DNA from: Takakia lepidozioides | Taxonomy: Eukaryota > Plantae > Bryophyta | DNA: 64,000 bases | Assembly (NCBI GenBank): GCA_030704615.1 | Contig: CM060731.1 | Span: 92,070,001-92,134,000 of the forward strand | Direction: 5' to 3' | Part shown: piece by piece, positions 1-11,795 of the stretch | Layout of the letters: each line of letters begins with the position of its first letter | Numbering within the stretch: position 1 is the stretch's first letter | Made by a program: the position numbers and the translations under genes | Notes under the pieces: model-generated | Told to the model about the DNA's origin: nothing | What the model saw: the letters and a program-made list of their open reading frames with translations, nothing else | Database searches by the model: none

Positions 1-1659
1 CGAGCCCTCTATAAAGAGTGCTGCAATTTGAAAACCAACAGAGAATTGTGGGCGAGGTACTACCAGCTCCGTAAAGATATCAATCAGCTTGTTAGGTCTC
101 AGAAGAAATTATACTGGGACAAGTTATACAGTGAAATAAACTCAAACCACCATGGTGGTAATGACAAGAAATTCTGGTTGGCCCTTCAACGTTTGTACAA
201 GCCGAAAAACGGTCAGCAAGTACAAGCGCAGAAGACTACGAAAGGTGCAGTGGTGACTTCATCGGTTGACATTGTCAAAACCTTTGAAACTCACTATAGT
301 ATCCTTGGCAGAACTTCTAGGTCTAACAGTGAGGGGTCTTCTGTTGAATGGAGGGACACAGTTGGAAAAACTGTTCCTATGATTCAAAACAGCCCTGATG
401 AACTGGAGTATATTTCAATGGCTTATAACGCAGTGGTAGCATTCAACGACAGAGGAGAGGGAGGAAGTGATCTTAAGTGGCAGTGGGGTAGCCAAGAGAT
501 GCCGGTCCTCCCTTCCTACACTTACTTGGGCGTTGAGATTTCCTCCAATTGTAATTGGGATGCACATATCCGGAAAGTTGTTCAACTGGCAAGGGCAAAG
601 CTCTGGGGCTCACTAATTTTTTCCACTGCAGAGGGGTCAACTCTGAGGTTAAGAAAACCATGCTTTGTCGCGTTATTAGACCTGCCTTGGAGTACGGATC
701 TGCAATATGGGTTGATAACTCCAACCAGGCTAAGTCTCTAGAATCCATTCAAGTGGGGGTGCTTAAGGAGTGTATGTCAGCATGCTCCAAAACAGCCAAT
801 GTGGCTGTTTGGGGTGAGTTTGGCATTCCGTCCTTAAGCTCCCGACAAGATGAATTCAAGGTCAGATGGTGGGGTCAGCTGCAACATATGTCGAACACCA
901 GATATCCTAAGTTAATCGACTCTATATCTTGGAAACAGGACTGCCCTGTCAAACAGGCTAAGTCCTGGCAGAAGAGAGTAGAAGAGATTCTCAAGGACCT
1001 GGACCTGGATCTGCAAGTCTTGACCCTGCTGGATAAATCTGACTTAGAGGCTGTAGTGTCCAAAGCCATGTCTGTTGCCATGAGATTGTCTGATGAAAAT
1101 GAAGTTAGGCAGAAAACTTCCCTGAACTTGTTTCCAGTCAGTGACATGGGGGAGGACATCTTGGATGACCTCAAGGGTCTACCCACTCTCGGCACTAGAC
1201 TGAAATTTAAACTCAGGGCAGGAAGCCTACCTTTGAACAGCAAACAGAAGCAGAGAGGAAAGGGAGAGTGCAATTGCCCGTTGTGTGGGCAACCTGAAGA
1301 CAGTATTCATTTTCTGATACACTGTCCGGGGTTCTCTCACCAAAGAGACGCTCTCTTCAAATCTATCAAGGGAATTGTGCCTGTACCCCTGTTTACCAAC
1401 TTTGAAAGTCTAGAGGCTGAGCCAAAAGCCCAGGCCCTCCTGAGGCCTAGTTTTTGGGCAAATCACACACAGCAGATTGATGCTTGTGTGAAGGGATTTC
1501 TAGAGGATATTTGGAAAACCCGGATTAATTCTATATATGAAGGTAAGTCTTACTACCAACGTCAGCCCCTGACAGAGGTAGGTTCTGTCCCTTTTGTTCC
1601 CGCTCAAACTGGGCGCGGGGTCAATGGCCACAAGGCTACGGCAAACAACGTCTTATGAG

Positions 1660-1664
<5 letters not shown>
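1..1664 (+). mobile_element. Non-LTR retrotransposon (LINE), internally deleted ORF2 with RT C-terminus and CCHC zinc finger
   Basis: ORFs 28-741 and 555-1658: YTYLGVEI, IRPALEYGSAIW (RT thumb region), RLKFKLRAGSLPL, CPLCGQPEDSIHFLIHC; ends in (TC)n. Confidence 0.85.

Positions 1665-1706
<42 letters not shown>
1665..1706. repeat. (TC)n microsatellite at LINE 3' end
   Basis: Perfect TC run directly after ...CTTATGAGTACAA. Confidence 0.95.
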
Positions 1707-1709
<3 letters not shown>

Positions 1710-1793
1710 ATGGTCAGAAGGCGACGGCAAACGAAGTCTTATGAGTACATTTCTCTCTCGATAATATATGACGTCTTATGAGTACATTCTCTC

Positions 1794-3240
1794 TTGATAG
1801 TCCAAAGGGCTATAAAATCTGGTGGGTGTGATGGTATTGCGAATGACCTTTTTAAGCATGGTGGCGATCCTATGGTAGAGGCCCTTGCCCTCCTCTTTAA
1901 CCTTATTTGGAAGACTGAAATGATATCCTTTTGCTGGAGAGGGGATGTCATTGTCATTGTCAGAGAAGAGCCTGGGAACTACCGTGGCATTACACTTCTT
2001 AGTGTAGTTGGCAAGCTGTTTTGTAGGACATTAAGCACCCGTCTCAAGGTAGAGTCTAGAAGTGCTTTCATTGAATGTCAATCGGGCTTCTGGAGAAATA
2101 GGGGCTGTGTCGACCATATCTTTACCCTAAGCCAGAATATCCAGGGAAGGAAAAGAGAAGGAAAGCCCACTTTGGTCTTCTTCATGGATGTCAAAAAGGC
2201 TTATGACGCAGTATGGCAGGACAGGCTGTGGCTCCAGCTTTGGTCTTCTGGGCTTGGGAAAGTCATGGAGGATGGTTCACAACCTGTATGCGAACACCAA
2301 AAGCTGTGTTATGGTCAATGGCAAGAAATCTAATTTCTTTGACATTGACCAAGGTGCAGCTCAAGGTTGTATCTTCTCCTCTACAATGTTTTCATTAATC
2401 AGCTCCTTGAAGATTTGGAAAGCAAGGGATTCAAGGTGGGTGATGCCACCATACCAGCTCTTATGTTTGCGGATGACTTTGCGGGCCTTGGGATACCCCA
2501 ATGAATCTTCACTGATTGATTGTGTGAAGAGGGAGAGAAAGACGAAACCGCGGGAACAAAGAGAATGAATCTTCACTGATTGATTGTGTGAAGAGGTAAT
2601 CTTAGTGAATGTGCAGTGGAAAAAGGTAGAGGAGATTTTCAAGTTCCTGAATATTAGGCAGGAGAACTGACCCTGCTAGATGATGTTGACTTGGAGGCTG
2701 AAGTGTCTAAGGCCATGTTGGAAGCACGAGGAATGTCCAAACCAAACGAAGGTAGGCATAAAACTTCCCTGAACTTCCCTCAAGGATGACAATAAGGGCT
2801 ACCTACCCTTGGTTCCAAACTGAAGTTTAAATTCAGGATGGGACTTTCGAACAAAAAACAGATGCAGAGAGGAAAGGAAGATTCTCAATGCTCGATGTGC
2901 AGGCGGCCTGAAGCCAAATCCCATGTTCTGATACAATGTTTGGGGTATTCTCATCACAGAGCGACCCTCTTCAGGACCATCAAGAACACGGTCTTCATGC
3001 TCATGGCCTTGGCCCTGTTGGGATCTAATTGCTGGGTAGGTCACACACAGCAGATTGATGCTTGTGAAGGGCTTTCTAGAAGACATCTGGAAAGCCTGAA
3101 TAATTGTTTATACCAAGGTAAGTCCAGTAGAGGATTGAGCCTCACAAAGGCAGTGTCCATTCCCTCTTGTTCCACGCAAACTGGTGCGGGTCTATGGTCA
3201 CAAGGCTATCGGAAACGATGTTTTGATGACTTCTCTCTCT
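1794..3240 (+). mobile_element. LINE copy, degenerate reverse transcriptase core plus 3' end (same family)
   Basis: GNYRGITLLSVVGKLF, QSGF..RGCVDHIFTL, FMDVKKAYD, QGC, LMFADD at about 2460; frameshifts; C-terminus similar to 555-1658; TC tail near 3232. Confidence 0.85.
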
Positions 3241-3978
3241 CAATATGCGTTTGTTTGCATCCCTGTACGATAAATGCTACTGAGTACAATTTGTCAGAAC
3301 ATCTGTTGCACATATGTCCAAAATCTTTGTGAGTTAAGGTGATTGTCCATTTTGTTGTTGAAAGACAGGTCTCAACATGTACAGAGAGTTCATAGTCACA
3401 TTCATTTCATTCCTAAAAGAGTATGGTGATGTGAAAATTGTGCAGGGGGGCTGGATTTGTTTCATTGGAGAATCTTATTTTCTTTGCCCACAATTTTCCA
3501 GTATGCTATGCAACTTTATGCTCTGCCCTTGGTTCTGGTTTTGGCATCTCTCTTACAATGTCAGCTTATGTCTCTTCCTTTGTGGCATGCTGTAGACCTC
3601 CCCTGGGAGTTTTTCTCTAATTTTTTGAGCATGCATGGATCTTTCAGCAATAATGTTGTGTCTTTGGATAGCCATGTGGTCATGCCCCACAGGCTGCTAG
3701 GAGAACCAAATCAAGACTAGGAAAAGCCTAACTTGGATTCTGATTTGTTAGGGGCTGTTACTGGTTTTTTGGGTCCCAGATGTCCTGACAGTGGGTTTTT
3801 TGGGGCAGACCTCCTTTCAGAGGTTGTTGCACAAGCAAGAAGGGAAGAGGGCCACGTGGGAGTATCCTTTTGCTGTCTCAGGCATCAACATCTCCTTCAT
3901 GCTCATCCAAATGCTTGATCTCCGTGCAGGTCCACATTGATCTCATCCCAAAAGCCCTTTTCTTTTGTATTGACTCTC

Positions 3979-4147
3979 TAGTGGATATCTGGAAAACCCG
4001 GATTAATTCTTTATATGGAGGTAAGTCTTACTACCAACGTCAGCCCCTGACAGAGGTAGGTTCTGTCCCTTTTGTTCCCGCTCAAACTGGGCGCGGGGTC
4101 AATGGCCACAAGGCTACGGCAAACAACGTTTTATGAGTACAATCTCT
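3979..4147 (+). mobile_element. 5'-truncated LINE 3' fragment
   Basis: Near-identical to about 1500-1666 (DIWKTRINS...GHKATANNVL). Confidence 0.85.
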
Positions 4148-4552
4148 AGTGTAGGCTATTGCCCTTCTTCGAAAGCTGTGCTGATGTCATTCAAGTCTGC
4201 TGACAGTCGTCGTGCGTTTTGCAGCTAAACCAAGTTCATTGTCAGGCTTAACATTTTTAAAAATATTGGCTGGTATGCTCTCTTCAACCTCATCCGCTGA
4301 TTGTTGCTAGGAAGTTATCACAGACTACAGTCTCTGCCTGGGTACAAGTTTAAGGTGTTTGAAACACATAGGCATAGTGCAAGCAAGTTTCACACTGCCA
4401 CCTCCAAGTTCCTTGTAAAAAAATGTATCAGGGTCCCTTCTCTGCATGCCACATCAGATATAGGCTGGTTGCACCTGCGATTCTGTACTTGACATCACCT
4501 ACATTATGCACCAGGTGTTAATGTTTTGGAGGAGAATGTTGGTGTCTTTGTT

Positions 4553-4640
4553 TTCTCTCTCTCTCTCTGTGTTCCACTCATAAGACGTTTGCCGTAGCAT
4601 TGTGGCCATAGACCCCATGCCCAGTTTGGGCGGAACAGAG
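4553..4640 (-). mobile_element. Short inverted LINE 3' end fragment
   Basis: Reverse complement of GGGGTCTATGGCCACAA...GCTACGGCAAACGTCTTATGAGT next to a TC run. Confidence 0.6.
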
Positions 4641-4759
4641 ACTACATGAGCACATTCTCTCTCTCCCTGCCCACATGGTAGCCTACTAAATGGGTGATCT
4701 TGAAGATAAACGTCTCTGTGACCAAAAGCAAGCCTTGTGACCCCTTGCCTATGTTCGTT

Positions 4760-6215
4760 TGACTTGCGTCAGTAAGGTAGTCAATGGATGTAGTTGGAGA
4801 TACGGGTCTCTCCTTTAGAATATACCTACACAGGCCATTCCCTGCAGCTCCTATGGAGTGATGATCTCTGAATGGTAACAAGCAGATCCCTCCTGCTTGG
4901 GGGCTGCTCCTCCACTGAAAGTGGGCGGCTGCATTCTCTGACTTGCTAGGGTGTGGTCTTGTGCTTAAATCCTTTACCTGCTATAAATACATCTCATCTT
5001 CCCCAGGGTGATGATTCCTGGGAGCTGGTTAGTATGCCAAAACTAGTGCTTCTGGTGTAGTTTTGGGGGCGAATTGGATGGATCATGTCCTTTAAAACTA
5101 CTTGCTCAAGTTTAGGCTTGGATTATCTAGCTGATGGGACCATTTCGAGACTTGGTAACAGAGGGGCATTGAAGGTGACCATGTCTAAGAATTCTACATT
5201 GATAGGTAGAGTCCCACAGAAAAGTGAACTCCAGAGAAGTTCGACCCTTGACTGGTTGGAAAGCTTCCTTAGACATTGGTCAGTCAATGAGGGCTCAGAA
5301 GACGACTAAGGATGAGGACTTTAAACTGAAAGTTTCCAACTTATTTGGAACTCTGGAAGAAATTGACCTATAATGGACTACTAGGGATGGAAAGCTAGTG
5401 GTAGGGCAAGCCCAAAGGTCTATGCAAGAAGACCATGTCAATCAGACCTGCCTTTGCGTGCAGTGACTGATCAAGCTGTGAACAAAGGATATGGCATGCT
5501 CAATGGCATTACACAAGGCAAAGCCTGCACGCAAAGAAGCTGACCCATTAATGCAGAATTGCAGGATGTCTTGGAGCATTCAAAAGCAATCTAGACAACA
5601 GACAATTGTATTAAAAAGGCTGGCTTGCGACTGGGCACCTCGAACTTCTGTGGGCTGACTAACCAAAGGAAACAATTTGGAGTGGGGGAAGTTCTTCAAG
5701 CGTGGCATTACACTTCTTAGCGCAGTTAGCAAGCTGTTTTGTAGGATAATGTGCACCCGTCTCGAGGTTGATATGGAGTCTAGAAGTGCTTTCCACGGGC
5801 TTCCGGAGTAATAGGGTCTGTGTCAACCATATCTCTACCCTATGCCAGACTATTCAGGAATGGGGAAAAGAAGGAAAACCCACCTTTGTCTTCTTCTTCG
5901 AAAGGCTGCGGTTTTGACTGTGGTCTTCTGGGGAAAGATGTAGAGGATGGTTCACAACCTGTATGCGGACACCAAAAGTTGTGCTATGGTCAATCTAATC
6001 TCTTTGACAGACATGAAGACTATCCATTTTCCAGGGTATTCTCATCGCGGCGTGACCCTCTTCGGGACGATCAAGAACATTGTCCCTGCCCCATTATTCA
6101 CCAACTTCAAAAATCTTGAGGCCTGGCCCTTTTGGGGTCTAATTGCTGGCTCGTGTTCCACCCAAACTGGATGTGGGGTCCATGGCCACACGGCTGTGGC
6201 AAAGAACATCTCTCT
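4760..6215 (+). mobile_element. Heavily deleted LINE copy (putative 5'/ORF1 region, RT pieces, 3' end)
   Basis: 5700-6000 matches the 1983-2320 RT DNA; 6030-6215 matches the family 3' end; 4880-5290 recurs inverted at 9110-9530. Confidence 0.65.
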
Positions 6216-6425
6216 CAGACTATCTTTAATCTCCTCTTGATTTTTAAATATGACTTTGTGTTTGAATTTGAGGCACATAGGTCATTTAGGGTTCGAGTGT
6301 TGTGGTAAGCTTTCTTTCTTCGCCTCTCTTGCATGACAGAGGCTCTGCAATCAGATTTGTAGATGTGAAAGGTTATTTCTCAATGCGAGGACTCTCTAAC
6401 CAACACGTGCACATGTGCTGCACAG

Positions 6426-6520
6426 AGAATGAGATGGCGTTTGACATGCTATATTGTGTGGCATTTGAAATGATGGATGCTCAATGGCTGGCTATGCAGG
6501 CCTCCTACATGGAGTTCAAT
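6426..6520 (+). pseudogene. Isolated exon of an ELMO/CED-12 domain protein gene
   Basis: AG|...|GT-bounded exon encoding ENEMAFDMLYCVAFEMMDAQWLAMQASYMEFN, matching the C-terminal part of plant ELMO-domain proteins; other exons not found. Confidence 0.75.
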
Positions 6521-8519
6521 GTATGTTCTGTGGTGCTTACTCTTGTTTGAGGTGCCGCAACACTTTTTGTAGAGACATGACCAGTTGTCTATCAATAATA
6601 GTGTAACACATGTCGCTCTAGGCTTGGAAGGCTGTCTTAACCACTGCCTACATTCTATCTCCTTCTGCCCCTTTGGGAGGTAAATTATGCATTCAACAAT
6701 TATGGTATGGTTCTGCCGCTGATTGCAGTGAAACATGCATGCAGGCCGTTTTACAAGCGACCCGTACACAGCTAGAGAGAGAGATGATGTTGGAAGACGT
6801 TTACCGAGTTGAGGATCTTCCTGCCTACAATCTCTTACGGCACTGATCCACCATTCTTTCATATCATCCATTTCTCTTTTCATTGGTATAGCAATTCATA
6901 CTGATGCAAATGGAGGAAAAGCAAACGCAGTGGGCTGGATACAGGCCAATTATGTTTAGGCTCTGGTTGGCCTCCCTATTAATTTTCTCTTCTAATCTGA
7001 TTCTTGTGGTCAGCTTTCAGAGGTAAACTAGGGGGAGTGATGCACAGATCAATTCAAATGGACACTTCCATTTTCTCTCATGGCATCTCGCTGCTCATCT
7101 TTTTTGTACCCACCATGCATTACATGTGCAAAATAAACCTCGGAGAGTGAACCTGTGGCCATGCACCATGACTGTGTGACTCTCTTTACTTCTGTTTGAC
7201 AGGAAATATAGTTTCTAAGATAGGGACTTGCATATCTGCATTTTGATACAAAACATTAGTTGGTCAATTTTCGAAATTTGTTCCATCTCTCATGAAAAAA
7301 AGGCGATAGTTCAATAGCAGCTAGTGTATTAAATGTGAAGGTCATAACCTAGCATCATTTATGATAGTCCGATGAAACCCTTTGAACAAATGAAATGCAC
7401 TTGTTTATGTGGATGTTTGTTTCACAGTCTTTAGATTCCACCATATTGTGGTATGTGTCTTTGCAGGAAATGCTGCTGATCTAGGAGAGTGTCCCCATCT
7501 GTTCACCGGGAGTCCAGTATCAAAAAGAAGCAGAAAGTGATTACACGGAAACTGCAGTTCTTCTGACATGATTCACAAACAAAAGCTGCATATCGGAGTG
7601 AGAGAATGCACCACCACAATGCCACAGATCGGAAGATAAGAAGGCATAATGGGTACAACTTCAGTGTACCTCTATTTTTCTGAGACCAAGCGCGCTTCTT
7701 CTATTCTTAAAACCTTCAATTACAATTCCAATTCTTCAGGGACTTAACCCTCTTCATGAAACACCATGGGCATAGAAAAAGAAAGCCTTGCAGGAAGCGG
7801 CATGGTCGGAGTCAAGTATCCCAAATCTGTGAAGAGGATTTACAAAGATCAGAAAAATGTGGATTGTAGGAGGAACCAATGGTATGCGAGTGTAGGGTGT
7901 TCATAGGGGGTTCTGTTGCACAGCCGGCTGCAGGCATGTTCACTCCTTCCATCTTGCTGCAAACCATTTATCCCTAATGTACACCGCCAAAGTTAGCACC
8001 GGGTAATGCATATAACGCGACATTATTAAGCAATGTGGCACATCCATAAATTCATATCTAGCAACCTCAAACAAGATGGTGAGTTCTCCCTCATCAATGT
8101 GTAGGGTAAGGCCCCTACCCAAGGGCGCTCCACGATTTAAGGGTTGACACGTGTCCTTTCTCTATAGCTTGGTTTATATTTGTGTAAGCACCCTAGAGCG
8201 GTTACATTTGTGTAAGCACCCCCTCCAGGTTGTACAGGGCGCTTACACAAATGTAAGGCGCCCGGGTTCCATTCACTTGAATAAGCGCCCTAAAAATACA
8301 AACAAAATTTTCAACCGGTTCTTTATATACCACCTATTGAGCGGGTATTACTTTTCTTAATACCAGCTCGGTCCTAGTATTGAAATACTTTTACTTTTCA
8401 TTACCAGCCGGTTCCAAGTATTTGAATATTCACAAAATTTTAATATCCGTCGGTTCTAAATTTAAACGTCCCTTTCTAGGAGAAGAGCATACCACACCCG
8501 TCAAGTAGCAGGATTTGAT

Positions 8520-9831
8520 CCCACAGTCATAAATGGTACATATGACTATCATGAGTGTAAATCGTGTAAACCACGACTACAGGATGGTTCAGTCAGAATG
8601 ACTACAGTCAGGTGAACCAAGTAATATCTTTCACTGCAGTCATGTATACCATACTACAGTCATATATTTATCTTTCGCTCATAACTCTGCCGCGCCACGT
8701 GGCGAGGCGCTGATTTTATATATTTATTTAATTAATTAATGATAATAATAATAATAATAATAATATGCTAGACGCCGCGTCGTAGCGCGTTGCGCCACAT
8801 GACACGTTGCATTTTTATAATAATAATAATAAAAACCACGTGGCAACCCATCTATGGTGTCACGTGCTATCACTAGCTCGCCTACTAACCCTAGGGCCAT
8901 CCTATCCATTTGATTGTACTAGTTGAAGGAGTTGGAGGAGCTATAAGACTTATAGCTCACTACTTGCTAACCAATATACCCATTACTCATTTATGTGATC
9001 ATACGGTCTTTTAATTGTATATAATAATATATTATACACACCAAATAACAAAATCAATCTAGTTCATCAAACCGGTTAGAAACTTTCAAGTTGAAGTCCC
9101 TGCCCTTGGTTGTCTTCCTAGAGCGCCTCATTGAATCACCAATGTCTAAGACCGCTCTCCAGCCAATCAAGGGACGAACTTCTTTGAGATTGAATTGTTG
9201 TGAGACTCTATAGTAGCATTTTTGGGCATTGCAACCTTCAAAGTACCTCTGTTATCAAGTCTCGAGATGGAACCATTAGCCATACAATCCAAGCCTAAGC
9301 TGGAGCATGTAATTTTAAGGGACACATCGTCCATCCTAGGATTGACCCCAAAAACTACACATGAAGCCCTAGATTTGGCATAAGTAACCAATTCCCAGGA
9401 ATCACCCTGGGGAGCGTTGTTATTGATAAGAGGTAATGTATTAGTAGAATTCTCAGGCTATAAGTTTAAGCACAAGGACCAACCCTAGCCCAAGTGCCCA
9501 ATTTGGGCGGAGGGGCTGCCCCCAAGCAGTCATCATGAATATGTAACCTCATCCATGTACACTGTAGTCATGGAAATGACTACGAGTGGTGAACTATATC
9601 TGGTCAATTGTCGTTGACTAGCCTTCCATCCATTTCGGAGCCATGTAGTCATACAGACGACTAGTTTGACTGTCGTTCATATGACTACAGTCATATGAAC
9701 GACTGCTTTAGTCATATAACCGACTGCGGGAGGTCAATTTCATATAAAAACATGGTGCAGTCATGGTCAAATTCAGGAAAACCATGACTACCGCGGGTTG
9801 GCAGTCATAATTACCGCGATCTGTTGTAGTG
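8520..9831. mobile_element. CACTA transposon end with subterminal repeats
   Basis: Ends in ...CTGTTGTAGTG (reverse of CACTAC) at 9831; many ATGACTAC/GTAGTCAT/CAGTCAT repeats in both orientations at 8520-8665 and 9530-9810. Confidence 0.65.
9110..9530 (-). mobile_element. Inverted copy of the 4880-5290 repeat (probable LINE 5' fragment)
   Basis: ORF 9167-9391 (SLKITCSSLGLDCMANGSISRL) is homologous to ORF 5085-5309. Confidence 0.65.
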
Positions 9832-11007
9832 AGAGTAGAACTTGAAGCTGGGAAGAGAAGAAATTAAATGTCTACACCCATGAGGAAGGAATACTTGCAC
9901 TAATTAAAAGTTGATTAGCAAGAAATATACTATGGATAAAATTAACACCGGGCACTGAGTTTCAGACTTGTTTCCCCAGGGAACTAATGTTATCAGGACC
10001 TGTGTCTATCACTAGGGAACAGTTAAAATTAGACAGAAATCCTAGGATATATGAGAGATACTACATAAGGGAGTTGGAAGTATTACCTCATGAGAGACAT
10101 GAAAGATATGGGATATGAGTGATGAAAGAGGAGAAAGAAGAGAGAAATATGCAACAAAAAAATAAAGCTATTTAAAAGCTAACTTTCCACGGTTTTGGGA
10201 AAGGGGAATAGACGTAGGAGAATCATCTGAACCTCTTAGTCCATCTAAACCAGGGGAAACACTACCTTTATATGAAGATCCTTTCTCTGGAACCTTCTTA
10301 CTCGGAAAGACTGCGAGATTTAGAAAAAGAGAATGAAAGACCACATGAAAATAGACCAAAAATAAACCCATGGGCAAGGGATTTGACAGAATTCTATGAC
10401 CAGAGCTGGCATGGTACACCAAAAGGGGGATCACCAAGTTCTCAAACACCTCTCAATGAAGAGGATGAGGAGAGGATGTTAGTGGGAGTACTGACTCTCA
10501 GCCTGCAACACATTTAAGCATAGTTAGTGAGAATGACGAACCTCAAGATGTCGGAATCTTGAGAGAACCAGAAGTGGAGATAGAGCCAGTAGAAACTGAA
10601 GGATCAGCCACTGGATGACCATTCCTTCCTGCAGTAGAATCAAGTAGTATACTTGGGTTACTGACTGGCAGTGGAGGAACAGGAGGAGGAACAAGCGGAA
10701 GTCTTGGATCTCTTCTCCAAGGATTAAGGGGATCCAGCAGCAATCTAACAGTAACAACTACAACTACATGAACAGGAGGTTCAAGAGGAATACCACCAAC
10801 GGGTACAGGATAGACACCAGTACCACCAGTACAACCAGTGTAACCAGTTATGGCAGCACTAGCAGCTACCAAGATGCGACCATCTTTCCCTGTGTATAGT
10901 GGAAAGGGGGATCCAGATGTGCATATCAATCAGTTTGAACATATATGCATTGTCAACAATGAGAATGATGATGCAGCAAGGTTGAGGATGTTCCCTTGCT
11001 CATTGAC

Positions 11008-11038
<31 letters not shown>

Positions 11039-11795
11039 TGACTCCGGCCGGAACCGGCGTAACTAAGAGCCACTTCGCCTTGCGGCTACTTCCCCCTTTC
11101 GGGGGTGGGCCCTATAATGACAAAAAGAGCTATTGAATGGGTTGCTCAGTTTCCAAACAATAATTTTCCTACAGGGAATGATCTACGAGCAGCCTTCCAC
11201 ACAAGATGCAAAACCAGTAAGACTATATGAGAAGTCTACAGTGGTCTTCAGCAGTTCAAACAGAAGAAACATGAATCAATAGAAGAATACTTCGAGAAGA
11301 TGGGCTTGTTGATCAAGTAGTTGGGACCACAGGGAGACCTACATAAAGACTTAGTTTATTAAAGGGCTAAGACCATAAATACAGAGAAAGGTAGATATAC
11401 CACCTAATGATACACTTGATGAAGCAGTAAACTCTGCTAAAAAGGTAGAACTAGACAGAGTGTTACGGAAAAATGAGAGAAGGGAAGAAGAATCACATGA
11501 AGAATCTGAGGACAAAGAAGAGATAAAGAAGAAAAAGAAAAAAAGAATACTAGAGTCAGTCAAACTCGAGAATAAAATTGTAGAAGCAATGAAGAAATTT
11601 GTTGGCGAGGCAGCAGCCAACTAGAGGAAATGTGTCTAGTGTGGCAAATGTAGCAATGAGGGACATAGCATGGCAGAATGCCATGCTAAAAAAAAATATT
11701 GTGCCATCTGTGAGATGACTAATCATAATACAGATACCTGCTTCTATAACAAGAAGAATATAGCACCTTAGGGCAATCAAGCTATAGGTGTGCAA
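9832..11795 (+). mobile_element. Ty3/gypsy remnant: 5' region and degenerate gag
   Basis: FPVYSGKGDPDVHINQFE...FPCSLTKRAIEW, FKQKKHESIEEY, FIKGLRP, decayed Cys/His knuckles at 11630-11745; stops and frameshifts. Confidence 0.75.
11013..11117 (-). mobile_element. Short retro-insertion (about 80 nt plus homopolymer tail) with target-site duplication inside gag
   Basis: TGACAAAAA at 11004-11012 and 11118-11126; removing the insert restores the gag frame SLTKRAIEW; body resembles 21727-21776. Confidence 0.75.

Noticed and set aside
6700-7900. Possible additional host exons
   Set aside because: No recognisable motifs; interrupted by stops
11038-11117. Hammerhead or HDV ribozyme
   Set aside because: No CUGANGA core or nested double pseudoknot identifiable
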